The notes under the pieces: generated by a model
What the model saw: the letters and a program-made list of their open reading frames with translations, nothing else
What the model was told of the DNA's origin: nothing
Database searches by the model: none
In this document: positions 26,082 to 36,153 of the stretch, piece by piece
How the letters are laid out: each line of letters begins with the position of its first letter
Position numbering within the stretch: position 1 is the first letter of the stretch
Program-made: the position numbers and the translations under genes
NCBI GenBank assembly: GCA_965231015.1
Contig: OZ246408.1
Coordinates: 481,237-545,236, forward strand
Direction of reading: 5' to 3'
Origin: an uncultured Gammaproteobacteria bacterium
Lineage (GTDB): Bacteria > Patescibacteriota > Patescibacteriia > UBA9934 > CAZDDW01
DNA: 64,000 nucleotides

Positions 26082-29072
26082 ATGCCTAAGGGAAGAGAAG
26101 GATACAGACCAGCCGGGGAAGAGATCCGGCCGGAAGTGGATAAGCCAAGTCTGCCTGAAGAAGCAGAACGTGTTTTGCGTGAAAATGACAAGGAAAAAGT
26201 TCTGGAAGTGGCTAAAGATTTAGATCCCAAATATCACAGCGAATTTGCCATCCGTGTTTTAAACGAATTTGATAGCATTTCTTTGTCACATTCTCTCATT
26301 CAAGAACTTCAAGGTTTAAACGCTGAGGTATCTAAGGCCTGCCAAAATTATGAATTGGTGACTCTCGTGGGTCAAAATTTAGATAATTTTCAAGCCATTG
26401 ATCAATACGCGGCTTTTGCTTTAGCTAGATATGGTTCGAAAGAAGTAAAGAAAAAGTTGTTTGAATCAGCCGACCGACTCGGTTTGGATAAAACGAAGCT
26501 CATTGAGGATTTATTATATGTGGGTCGTGGTTTTACGGTTTTGGAAAATAGGGATTTGCTCTCAGAGATCTCACCGGAGAAGCTTGTAGAAATGTTTGTG
26601 GAATCGGCTGAAACCGAAGTGTTGATTGTTAATCTGCCCAATCACCCAGAATTTGATCAAGCCATGGTGATTAAAAAAATCATGAGCTTACCTCACCCGG
26701 AAGTAGTAAAAATAATATTTGATGAGATAGATAATTTTGATCACCTTGATCATAATGAATTGGTCAAAGATATGCTCGAGGCCACAGAGGTTCATGATGG
26801 GGAGCCAGAAGAGGATGACGCAGAAAAAGAATTTATCAAGTATCAAAAGCGGCGAGTGTTTTTTGATAATTTAGGCAAGCTTGAAGGTTTAAGTTCCGAA
26901 ACAGCAGACAGACTACTCAAAACCGAAGATTACCCAATAGAAAAATTATTGAGAGACCTAAAGAGTTTTAAGGGGTTGGACATGGAAAAAATAGAAGAGA
27001 AAGCACGAAAAGAAAATAAAATATACCTGATCGCAGAAAAAATCGATCATTTTCCTCATATTGACAAGCAACAATTTGCTGAAGAACTGAAGAAAACTGA
27101 TATCCATTTATTGTTGGACAACATTAGAAAATTTCCTGAAATTGACCATGCGGCACTAGGAGACGACTTAATCGCTGAAGGGTGGGGTAAATTGTTTATT
27201 CGAACCAGTAGAAGACTGAATGCAATATCCCCTGAAGCCGCAGATTATTTATGGGATAATATGCAGTACTCCAGTTATGCCGATGCCTTACATAAATTAA
27301 CTGGAATTCCGGTGGATCGGGGGTTAGATTTAGTTGAGATTGGTTTTGTTGCTCAAGTGATCAATAATATTCACAGATTTGAATCTAGCGGTCAGTCAAA
27401 AATCATCGACGCGGTTTTAGAGGTTAATCCGGGCGCGGTAGCCGGGTACATGAACAAGATTTCTGAATTGACTCCAGATCAAGGGTATCGACTTGCTGCA
27501 ACCGGTTTTGGGGAAGTGGTTATTGCACACTTAGATAAGGTTCCCGGAATAGATCACGAAAAAATAGCTCGTTATTTAATCAAGAATGCCCAACCTGAGG
27601 TTTTGTTCAAGCACTTTGAAAAAATTCAAATTAAAGACTGGAATAAGTTGTTGGAGTTAGCTGTTAGGACAGGAAACGGATGGGATGTTTTTGCTCAACT
27701 TCATCGTTTTGAGAGCTATGATAAAGATGCCTTATTGGATGTTTTGTTAGCTAAAAATGAACTTTCTTTGGCAGCGGAATATATCCATTATTTTGAGGCC
27801 AAAAGACACCAGGAGGTAGCAATGGTTTTACTGGAAAGAGGTCATGTATCCGAGTTTCAATCAAATATAAACAAGTTTAAAGATCTAATAAATTGGCGGG
27901 AATTAATTGATAAAAATATAAAAACAGTGTTGAATATTGCCTGGCAAGTTCCGGTAGAAATAATCTCTCAACTTGATGAAAAAGACCAACAACGATTTAA
28001 GCTTCGACTTGAAAGAGGAGTCTCGGAAAAAATGTTTTTACTAAAGTATGATGAGCTTTTGCCGTATATTGAATCTGGATTGGTTGATTTAGAGCTCCCC
28101 GGGTATTCTAAAGAACAACTTCAGCGGCATATTGATCAGGTGATGGAAAACTTACAAAAAAAAGGGTTAGAATATTTAGCCGCTCAAGTGGCTGAATGTG
28201 CTGAGGCCTCAGGTCTTGAAGTAAATCATGCAGAGTTAAATAAGTTGCGGCAAGCTGAAAGGGAAGAAGAGGCAAGGAGGGAAAATCGGGAAGCCCGTGA
28301 GGTGGATCTAGGGAACCATGAAGTAGCTGATGAAATGACTCGTTTTTATGTGTATCAGTTGATCTCATCACATTTACCGGCCAAGCGGTTGAATTATGAA
28401 GCGTGGGGTATTAAATTACCTCATCGGGATCGGGTTGCCCTGAATGATATTACCCGCCAAGCCGAGCCCTTTAATGAAGAACTGTATAAATGGATGAAGG
28501 ATTATGGGGTTTTTGCTGTTGTTTCAGAGTTGTCACATCAGGCTGATGTTTTTCCAAGACAGGAATGGCTGGAACTACCTCAGATGGAGGTTCCAGAATG
28601 GGATATAGCAGTCAAGGATAGGGCAAATGTAGATGTTTTTTTAAAGTACGCAACTAAGCAAGAGATTGGTGAGTTTTTGCACCAAGCCTCATTGGTATTT
28701 AGGAAGCGCGGTTGGTACACTAGTTTTGGTGGAGAGCCTTGGGCTAAAATAGCTGAAGTGGTGGCTGAGGCCTGGCAAGAAAAGTATCCGGAAGAGGTTG
28801 TGTGTGATAGGATTTTTGACCTAGAACATAATTCAGGAATGATTTTTGATAAACGGCCGGACAGAATTCGGGCCGAAAATTCTGAACTGCAGAAGATTTT
28901 AGATTTTAAATTTAAAGCCAAGGGCGATGTGGATGAATGGCTGGAAGAAATACCGAAGATGGAAATCAGTGACCAAACAACCCGACATCTAACCAATAGC
29001 CTGAAGACATTTAAACGTCTTCAGCCACAGTTAAATAAAATGCAGGCTAAGTATACTGGTCAATTTAGTTAA
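26082..29072 (+). CDS. Large alpha-helical repeat hypothetical protein
   Basis: 996 aa with recurring (NI..F..ID..L) helical units; C-terminal GGEPW...DLEHNSG motif. Confidence 0.7.
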   Translation: MPKGREGYRPAGEEIRPEVDKPSLPEEAERVLRENDKEKVLEVAKDLDPKYHSEFAIRVLNEFDSISLSHSLIQELQGLNAEVSKACQNYELVTLVGQNLDNFQAIDQYAAFALARYGSKEVKKKLFESADRLGLDKTKLIEDLLYVGRGFTVLENRDLLSEISPEKLVEMFVESAETEVLIVNLPNHPEFDQAMVIKKIMSLPHPEVVKIIFDEIDNFDHLDHNELVKDMLEATEVHDGEPEEDDAEKEFIKYQKRRVFFDNLGKLEGLSSETADRLLKTEDYPIEKLLRDLKSFKGLDMEKIEEKARKENKIYLIAEKIDHFPHIDKQQFAEELKKTDIHLLLDNIRKFPEIDHAALGDDLIAEGWGKLFIRTSRRLNAISPEAADYLWDNMQYSSYADALHKLTGIPVDRGLDLVEIGFVAQVINNIHRFESSGQSKIIDAVLEVNPGAVAGYMNKISELTPDQGYRLAATGFGEVVIAHLDKVPGIDHEKIARYLIKNAQPEVLFKHFEKIQIKDWNKLLELAVRTGNGWDVFAQLHRFESYDKDALLDVLLAKNELSLAAEYIHYFEAKRHQEVAMVLLERGHVSEFQSNINKFKDLINWRELIDKNIKTVLNIAWQVPVEIISQLDEKDQQRFKLRLERGVSEKMFLLKYDELLPYIESGLVDLELPGYSKEQLQRHIDQVMENLQKKGLEYLAAQVAECAEASGLEVNHAELNKLRQAEREEEARRENREAREVDLGNHEVADEMTRFYVYQLISSHLPAKRLNYEAWGIKLPHRDRVALNDITRQAEPFNEELYKWMKDYGVFAVVSELSHQADVFPRQEWLELPQMEVPEWDIAVKDRANVDVFLKYATKQEIGEFLHQASLVFRKRGWYTSFGGEPWAKIAEVVAEAWQEKYPEEVVCDRIFDLEHNSGMIFDKRPDRIRAENSELQKILDFKFKAKGDVDEWLEEIPKMEISDQTTRHLTNSLKTFKRLQPQLNKMQAKYTGQFS

Positions 29073-29074
29073 GT

Positions 29075-29617
29075 ATGAAACGTCTATTTCTAGCTATAAA
29101 ATTGCCGCCAGAGGTTAAAGGGGTTCTTTATGGAATGCAGGATGACATGAAGAAGGTTTTTAAGCATTCTAAAATAACCTGGGTGGATCCGGAGATTGCT
29201 CATATCACGCTTCAGTTTCTTGGTGATGTGCTTGAAGAAGATCTTGAGTCATTGATCTCGGAAATTAGGGCAGGGGAGTACCCTGAACCGTTTGAGCTAG
29301 AAACGCGTAGCACATCTTGTTTTCCAAATCCGAAAAAACCAAAAACACTCTATATCGAGACCTCAAACCATACAGCCGCAACCGGGTTGCACAAAAGATT
29401 GTCAAAAATTTTGGTGGAAAACGGGTTTGAAATCGATGATCGTCCCTGGGTGCCACATATCACACTTGGACGAGTTAAGACTCAATCCGAGACATATCCG
29501 TCAGAAGGTTTCGAGGTTGAGCCGGTTAGTTTTGAAGTTGACTCGTTTGAACTTCTTGAGTCTGATCTGAGCGAAGACGGACCAATTTATACAACTCTTG
29601 AAATTTTTAAACTATAG
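29075..29617 (+). CDS. thpR: RNA 2',3'-cyclic phosphodiesterase (2H family)
   Basis: MKRLFLAI, HITLQFLG and PHITLGR. Confidence 0.9.
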   Translation: MKRLFLAIKLPPEVKGVLYGMQDDMKKVFKHSKITWVDPEIAHITLQFLGDVLEEDLESLISEIRAGEYPEPFELETRSTSCFPNPKKPKTLYIETSNHTAATGLHKRLSKILVENGFEIDDRPWVPHITLGRVKTQSETYPSEGFEVEPVSFEVDSFELLESDLSEDGPIYTTLEIFKL

Positions 29618-29626
29618 CCAATCGTT

Positions 29627-29688
29627 CGTCGCAAATCGCTTGTCGTTCTGAAACGACGTGCGACGTGCGATATGCGATATGCGATATG
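29627..29688. repeat. Intergenic palindromic element with 7-nt periodicity (copy 2)
   Basis: Shares the 38-bp core with 10500-10537, then TGCGATA tandem heptamers. Confidence 0.75.
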
Positions 29689-30459
29689 ATACAAATCCTA
29701 GGAGTGAAAATTAGCATGCTCGATAAAAAAGCTGTTCGTGAGGCCTTGCGTTCTTATCTTGAGTCAGACCGTCAGTATTACGTAGTCACCCCGAATCCGG
29801 AAATGGTGGTTCGGGCTCGACGCGATAAAGAGTTTCGTGAAATTTTGAACGGGGCGGATTTAGCTATTGCTGATGGAGTCGGGTTGCAACATGCTGCGTC
29901 ACTGAATCGCGACAAGTGGCCACCACGAATAACCGGAAATGATGTCATGCAAATGTTGGCAGAAATTTGTGCGGGATCCGGCAAGAAAATTTTTTTGCTC
30001 GGCGGAGAAAAAAACGATGTAGCAAAAAAGTCAGCTGATTTGTTAAAAGAAAAATATCCCACGCTTGAGATCGGGCATGATCCAGCCGGACCAGTGTATT
30101 TTGAACATGGAGAATGGCACATGAATCCGGCAGTGATTGATCGGCTCAAAGAGTTTGAACCAGATTGTTTGCTCGTAGCCCTTGGGCACGGCAAACAAGA
30201 ACGTTGGATCACGAAATTTATGCCTCATTTACCGAGTGTAAAAGTGGCCGTGGGGATCGGTGGAGCTTTTGACTATCTGGCCGGAGCAGTAGAGCGAGCG
30301 CCTGAAGCTATGCGAAGCGTGGGGCTCGAATGGCTATTTAGGTTGTACAAAGAACCGAAAAGATTTAAGCGGATCATGAACGCGGTGCTTGTCTTTCCAA
30401 TTCTCGTTATTTGGAGTAAAATAAGACCTCAAAATAAAGTTAAAAAGGATAAAGGATAA
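29686..30459 (+). CDS. WecB/TagA/CpsF family glycosyltransferase
   Basis: VVTPNPE, ADGVG, VALGHGKQE, GLEWLFRL. Confidence 0.92.
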   Translation: MIQILGVKISMLDKKAVREALRSYLESDRQYYVVTPNPEMVVRARRDKEFREILNGADLAIADGVGLQHAASLNRDKWPPRITGNDVMQMLAEICAGSGKKIFLLGGEKNDVAKKSADLLKEKYPTLEIGHDPAGPVYFEHGEWHMNPAVIDRLKEFEPDCLLVALGHGKQERWITKFMPHLPSVKVAVGIGGAFDYLAGAVERAPEAMRSVGLEWLFRLYKEPKRFKRIMNAVLVFPILVIWSKIRPQNKVKKDKG

Positions 30460-30462
30460 AGT

Positions 30463-31935
30463 ATGTCAATTCGAACCAGATTTGCACCGTCACCAACCGG
30501 ATATTTGCACATTGGAGGTCTTAGAACCGCCCTTTATAACTATTTGCACGCTCGCCATGAAAAAGGGGAGTTTATATTACGCATTGAAGACACTGACCGC
30601 GAGCGTTATGTTGAAGGAGCGGTGGAGGGATTGATTGATGCTTTGAATCGCTGTGGGTTGGATTACGATGAAGGCCCGGTATTAAACGGGGACGTTGTTG
30701 AGCAAAAAGGGAAGAAGGGGCCGTATATACAATCGGATCGAGTTGATACTTATCGAGAACACGCAGAGGCCTTACTCGTTAAAGGTCATGCCTACCGTTG
30801 TTTTTGTTCGCCCGAGCGGCTTGAGTCTATGCGCAAGGAGCAACAGTTAGCCAAAATGCCAACTAAGTATGACCGGCATTGCATGAACTTGAGCGAGGAG
30901 GAAGTAGTGAAGAAAATTGAGCTCGGAGAGCCATTTGTGGTGCGGATGAGGGTGCCGGAAGGGGAGACCGTGATGGAAGATGTGATTCGTGGCAAGGTCA
31001 AGTTTCCTAATGCAGAGGTGGATGACCAGGTTCTGTTAAAGTCTGACGGTTTTCCAACTTATCATTTGGCCAATGTGGTTGATGACCACTTAATGGAAAT
31101 CACCCATGTGATTAGGGGAGAGGAGTGGTTGAGCTCAACGCCCAAGCACGTGATTTTATACAACATGCTGGGATGGGATGTTCCAACGTTTGCTCACCTG
31201 CCTTTGATTTTGAACCCGGACAAATCTAAGCTCTCTAAACGTCAGGGTGATGTAGCGGTTGAGGATTATCTGGTCAAGGGTTATTTGCCGGAAGCCTTGC
31301 TAAATTTTGTGGCCACGCTTGGGTACAACCCAAAGGGTGACCAAGAGATTTACTCTATGGACGAGCTGGTAAAATTATTTGATTTATCTAAGGTAAATTC
31401 TTCAGGGGCAGTTTTTAACACGGAAAAACTCAACTGGCTCAATGCGCATTACATCAAAGAAAAAGATATAGATGAGCTGGTTGATTTGGTTCAGTACTTT
31501 CTTATTCGCGCGAATAAGAAAGTGGAAGAGGGTAGGCTCGAGAAAATTGTCACTGTCGAACGCGAGCGCTTAACTCGGCTGGATGAAATCGTTGACCTAG
31601 TTGATATGTATGAAGGTTTGCCTGAATTTGCAGACCCGAATATTTTGGTTTGGAAAAAGTCAGACGCAGCTGACTCCAGAGCTATGCTAGAAGGTTTAAT
31701 TGAGCAGGTTGAGTCCATGAAAGATAGTGATTTTGCTGAGCTTGGCCTGGTCGAAACCGCCATAAAAAGGTATATTGAAGAAAAGGGATATGCCAATGGT
31801 AACGTTTTGTGGCCAATGCGTGTGGCATTGTCTGGGAAATCTGCTTCTCCGAGTCCTTTTGAGTTGTCTTGGGTTTTTGGAAAAAATACGACTTTAGAGC
31901 GTTTAAAGCACGCCCTGGAAACCCTAAAAAAATAA
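30463..31935 (+). CDS. gltX: Glutamyl-tRNA synthetase
   Basis: RFAPSPTGYLHIGG, KLSKR. Confidence 0.97.
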   Translation: MSIRTRFAPSPTGYLHIGGLRTALYNYLHARHEKGEFILRIEDTDRERYVEGAVEGLIDALNRCGLDYDEGPVLNGDVVEQKGKKGPYIQSDRVDTYREHAEALLVKGHAYRCFCSPERLESMRKEQQLAKMPTKYDRHCMNLSEEEVVKKIELGEPFVVRMRVPEGETVMEDVIRGKVKFPNAEVDDQVLLKSDGFPTYHLANVVDDHLMEITHVIRGEEWLSSTPKHVILYNMLGWDVPTFAHLPLILNPDKSKLSKRQGDVAVEDYLVKGYLPEALLNFVATLGYNPKGDQEIYSMDELVKLFDLSKVNSSGAVFNTEKLNWLNAHYIKEKDIDELVDLVQYFLIRANKKVEEGRLEKIVTVERERLTRLDEIVDLVDMYEGLPEFADPNILVWKKSDAADSRAMLEGLIEQVESMKDSDFAELGLVETAIKRYIEEKGYANGNVLWPMRVALSGKSASPSPFELSWVFGKNTTLERLKHALETLKK

Positions 31936-31939
31936 ATTC

Positions 31940-33178
31940 ATGTCAAAAAAGCTTGTTATCTTTACACTGTTTGCCACCCTGATTATACCGTTAGGTTCAA
32001 TTCAGTTATTTGCCGCTGAAACGGATGTAACTGAGGACATTGACGAAATTAATGAGGATATTGAAGAAAAACAAACTCGGATTGATGAAATTGATCGGCG
32101 CATGAATCAGTATCAAAGTGAGATTGATGCGGCTCAGGATCAGGAAATTACGCTTTCTAATGAGGTGGCCATGCTGGAAAACCAAATTGCGTTAACCGAG
32201 CTCGACATTGAGTCCACCCAGTTACAAATAGAAGAAGTAGAACTGGAAATCGCTGTTTTAGAGGTTCGGATAGGGGAGTTAGAAGATCAATTAGAACGAC
32301 AACGTGGGGTCTTAGCCTCTATTTTACGACGCATAAACGAATTTGATGATGATTCTATTTTAGAGCTTGTTTTTGGAACGGATAATTTTTCCGAACTTTT
32401 TGACCAAGTGCGTTACCTGGAAGAAGTAAACTCTGATTTGGATGATGCTTTAGAGTTGGCCCAAACCACACGAGATTCGTTTCAGCTGGAGCAGCAAAGT
32501 AGGGAAGAGCGGTTAGAGCGTTTGGTGGTGCTGGGAGAAGAACTGGAAGGGGAGCAGTTGCGTTTGGAGCATGAAATGGCGGCGAAAGAGGTTTTGATTG
32601 CCGAGGCTCAGTATTCAGAGGCTCAGTTTTCAACACTGCTTTACGAGTTGCGTCAAGAACAGCAATATGTCGATCAACAGGTGGCTCAGTTGCAACGTGA
32701 AATTGAATCTTTGCTTTATGAGCACGACGAAATTGGAGACGCTACAGTATTAACTTGGCCGTTAGATCCAAGTTATCGTGGTATTTCAGCATACTTTCAT
32801 GATCCAACCTATCCATTCCGTCATTTGTTTGAGCACTCCGGTATAGACATTCCAGCCCCACAAGGTTCAGTCATTGTATCTCCGGCACCTGGTTATGTGG
32901 CTTGGGTTAAACAGGGTCGTTCATACGGAAATTACGTCATGATCATTCATGCCAATGGTTTAGCCACTCTGTACGCCCACTTGTCTCAGCCGCTTGTGGA
33001 AGCAGATCAGTTTGTGACTCGCGGAGAGACAATTGCGTTATCAGGTGGCATGCCAGGCACAAGTGGTGCCGGGTTGTCTACCGGGCCGCATCTTCACTTT
33101 GAGGTTCGCTTGAACGGTATTCCGGTCAACCCAATGAATTACATGATTGATACTTATATTCCGGACTATCCGGGTTAA
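31940..33178 (+). CDS. Coiled-coil M23 family peptidase (EnvC/CwlO-like)
   Basis: Signal peptide, long coiled coil, HSGID, YAHLS, TGPHLHFEV. Confidence 0.9.
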   Translation: MSKKLVIFTLFATLIIPLGSIQLFAAETDVTEDIDEINEDIEEKQTRIDEIDRRMNQYQSEIDAAQDQEITLSNEVAMLENQIALTELDIESTQLQIEEVELEIAVLEVRIGELEDQLERQRGVLASILRRINEFDDDSILELVFGTDNFSELFDQVRYLEEVNSDLDDALELAQTTRDSFQLEQQSREERLERLVVLGEELEGEQLRLEHEMAAKEVLIAEAQYSEAQFSTLLYELRQEQQYVDQQVAQLQREIESLLYEHDEIGDATVLTWPLDPSYRGISAYFHDPTYPFRHLFEHSGIDIPAPQGSVIVSPAPGYVAWVKQGRSYGNYVMIIHANGLATLYAHLSQPLVEADQFVTRGETIALSGGMPGTSGAGLSTGPHLHFEVRLNGIPVNPMNYMIDTYIPDYPG

Positions 33179-33183
33179 TACAT

Positions 33184-33384
33184 ATGGATTCAATTTGGAA
33201 ATTAGTTTTATATCTTGGAATCGTTTTCTTCTTCTTACCGCTTTCATTATTTGTCGGTTTATCCGTGATGATGATGAAAGAGTTAATGGACGAGGAAGAC
33301 ACTGTTAAGACAATAATCATGACCGGCTTTTTTGTTATGATGGCCGGTGCGTTAATGTTGTTGCTCTACTACTTGCTACACTAA
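33184..33384 (+). CDS. Small two-TM membrane protein
   Basis: 66 aa, two hydrophobic segments, directly after the previous gene. Confidence 0.55.
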   Translation: MDSIWKLVLYLGIVFFFLPLSLFVGLSVMMMKELMDEEDTVKTIIMTGFFVMMAGALMLLLYYLLH

Positions 33385-34031
33385 TATTTTCCGACACATA
33401 ATAAAACGACACACCTCCCCGGGGTAGGGGAGGTTTTTTAATTGTATCGATCCTAAGTCTTAAGTATAAAAAATAAAGTTCCACATCACGAAATTTTTTT
33501 ATCTGATTTAATAGTTTCTCAAGAATCCCAAAGGGGGATAACGGGAAACACCATAATAAATAAGAAATCTAGGGTCGCACAATATATGTTAGACGACGCT
33601 TAATAAAGCGTTTAAGCCTGACGTTTTTCATGTTTATTAAGCGTTTGTCTAACATTCGGAACATTGTTACGGCACAAAAATGCAAAATAAGTTTTGTGAT
33701 CGTAAAATGTTCCTTGGCGCGTTTATATGCTTCAAATCGAAGTTTTATTTGCGGAAATACATTTTTTCACTTTATCTTTAATTCTTTATACTTTTTGTTA
33801 TTTCGAGAGGTATGTAGATACCTCCCAAATTCAAATACGGCAAATTTGAGCGTCACAAATAAACAAGTTTCATAAAAATCAAATTGAAAACCACCAATAC
33901 AAAATTAAGCTCGTATCAGTGATTATTTTGTTTTATGGTTGTTTCTAGGTATCAACAGCAATCAAAATCATTGTTTTCCATACCTCTCCTCTTCCCTGTA
34001 GGTACACCTCCTGATTATGTGTCGTAAAATA
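33385..34031. repeat. AT-rich non-coding segment bounded by 18-bp inverted repeats, with an internal long hairpin
   Basis: TATTTTCCGACACATAAT (33385-33402) and ATTATGTGTCGTAAAATA (34014-34031); internal IR 33586-33655. Confidence 0.6.
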
Positions 34032-34044
34032 CATCAATAAGTTT

Positions 34045-34527
34045 TTAATAGAACTTTAACGATTCTATTATTAAAAACATGTTGTCATTATATTCGTATC
34101 CAGAAAAGACAAACCAACCATGATCAGTCTCACGTATCACATGCGTCACTTCATTTGCTGCCGGATCCATTCCCGTTCCTACTAACCGAGTCATTTCAAC
34201 ATCATCAATCTTTGCTCCGTCTTTAGTTTCAACGTTCAGGTGTGACTCGATTAAACCGGTTGGATCGTCATCAGTGAAGACTTGCAGTGTCACAGTCTCG
34301 CTACTGGTTTTGTCATAAAACTTAATTAAACTGGCCGTGGCATCTTCTTCAAAATCCCAACCATTTGGAAATGAGAGTTCAAACGTTGTTTCGGTAAAGT
34401 CATTATTTATATAGAAAAGGCTTGAGTCAGATGGCTCGTATCGCGACACTCGAACTGGCTCGGCAGATGATTTACATCCACCCCCAAGTAAAATAAGGGC
34501 TAAACTAAAAAATATAATTTTTTTCAT
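34045..34527 (-). CDS. Putative lipoprotein
   Basis: Lipobox-like LLGGGC after a signal peptide. Confidence 0.7.
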   Translation of the reverse strand: MKKIIFFSLALILLGGGCKSSAEPVRVSRYEPSDSSLFYINNDFTETTFELSFPNGWDFEEDATASLIKFYDKTSSETVTLQVFTDDDPTGLIESHLNVETKDGAKIDDVEMTRLVGTGMDPAANEVTHVIRETDHGWFVFSGYEYNDNMFLIIESLKFY

Positions 34528-34618
34528 ATAAATCTATTTTAGCAGAAATCAAAAGACTCCACCAAGGTGGAATCTTTTGATCGGGCTCTTCATAACGAGA
34601 CCCTTAGCTTTTTGAGTA

Positions 34619-34768
34619 TTACTCAGCAGCAGGAGCTTCTGGAGCACCTTCAGCTGGAGCCTCAGGAGTAGCTTCACCTTCAGCAGGTGCAGCATTCTCC
34701 TCAGCTGGAGCGTCAGCCGTAGGCTGTGCGTCATCACCAGCTGGCATATCGTCGAAGAACATAGTCAT
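34619..34768 (-). CDS. Small acidic Ala/Pro/Glu-rich disordered peptide
   Basis: MTMFFDDMPAGDDAQPTADAPAEENAAPAEGEATPEAPAEGAPEAPAAE; strongly biased codons. Confidence 0.6.
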   Translation of the reverse strand: MTMFFDDMPAGDDAQPTADAPAEENAAPAEGEATPEAPAEGAPEAPAAE

Positions 34769-34853
34769 AATCGGGTTAATTCTTATGTTCTGGCCTACAA
34801 GAGACCGCCTGAAGTATATCATTGACTTCAAATAAGGTCAAGCTCAGTATCAG

Positions 34854-36152
34854 CTATTTTTTCCTTAAAATACGCTTAGTAAGGTCTTTGCTCACCTGTA
34901 CCCCGGGTTGATTGTATGTGTTTACACCAAGTAATTCCCCCATAAACGCTGTGGCTGTTTCATAAAACTGAAACAGTGCACCTAGTGATTCTGGGCTAAT
35001 TTTAGGTATTTCTATCGTTCCATTCGGCTGTTTTACTTTTGTAAGAGCCTTTTCAGTCCCCTTTTGCTCGGCCTGAATGATTTTACTCATTTTTTGACCT
35101 AAAAAGTATGAAATTTTGCTAATTTTAGCATATTTTTTAGGTATGACAAGGTCGGATCTGTATGATTTGGGGATAATAAAGGTAAAAACCTTGTCTGCTG
35201 GGCCATCTGTGTATAATTGGAGCTGAGAGTGCTGATCCGTAGCTCCGAGAGCCGCCACCGGAGTTGGTCCAATATTGCGTCTTCCTTTGATTTTACCCAG
35301 TGATTCCGCCCAGAGTTGTCGGTACCAGAGAGAAAACTCTCTAAGCGAATCAGCATACGGCATCAGTACATTGATTCTTTGTTGCCGTTTTTCATAAGCT
35401 AAATAATGTAGAGCGGCAAATTTGGCTGCAGAGCAGCGGACTCCTAGTTTTTTGCGTTCTTCTTCAATGGTTCGAGCACCCTTCTGAAGCCCTGATATAT
35501 TGATTCCAGCACAGGCGGCAGGAAAAAGTCCAACCGTAGAAAGAACGGCAAAACGACCACTGACATTCAGTGGGTGTGGAATCAACGTATATCCTTCTTC
35601 TTTGGCTATTTGTTCTAAGACACCACCGTTTATATCAGTTGTGGCCCAAATATGGTCTTTGTGATTTTTTTGTCCAACCTTTTTGATTAGTGCTTCTTGC
35701 AGAATGAAAAAAGCAGACATGGTTTCTATTGTAGAACCTGATTTAGAGACCACGTTAATGGCGGTCTTTTTCAGATCGATTGAGTTCATGAGGACGGATA
35801 AAGTTTCCGGGTCAGTGTTTCCACCGGCAAAATAAAGGTTTACCCCATCCGAATCTATTTTTAGTGCTTGCCAAATAGCCCGGGCTCCTAAATCTGAACC
35901 GCCAATACCTACCACGATTAAATTCTTGAACCGGGTTTGTACTTTTTTTGCCTCTTTATTGACCAGACGAGGTGTTTGTTTGTCGTATGGCAAATCCATG
36001 AACCCCTGTTCCCCACTCTCTTTTAATTTGCTCAGACTTTGGTTGGCCCGTTTTAGTTTTGGTTGGATTTTTTTTAGTTCAGTTGTTGTTGCACCGAATG
36101 ATTTAACCTGGCCAGACATCATGTTAGCGGTCTTGTATTTTAAATATGGCAT
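34854..36152 (-). CDS. pgi: Glucose-6-phosphate isomerase
   Basis: GIGGSDLG, SKSGSTIET, QLWAESLGK, DQHSQLQ, NQPGV. Confidence 0.95.
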   Translation of the reverse strand: MPYLKYKTANMMSGQVKSFGATTTELKKIQPKLKRANQSLSKLKESGEQGFMDLPYDKQTPRLVNKEAKKVQTRFKNLIVVGIGGSDLGARAIWQALKIDSDGVNLYFAGGNTDPETLSVLMNSIDLKKTAINVVSKSGSTIETMSAFFILQEALIKKVGQKNHKDHIWATTDINGGVLEQIAKEEGYTLIPHPLNVSGRFAVLSTVGLFPAACAGINISGLQKGARTIEEERKKLGVRCSAAKFAALHYLAYEKRQQRINVLMPYADSLREFSLWYRQLWAESLGKIKGRRNIGPTPVAALGATDQHSQLQLYTDGPADKVFTFIIPKSYRSDLVIPKKYAKISKISYFLGQKMSKIIQAEQKGTEKALTKVKQPNGTIEIPKISPESLGALFQFYETATAFMGELLGVNTYNQPGVQVSKDLTKRILRKK

Positions 36153-36153
36153 A

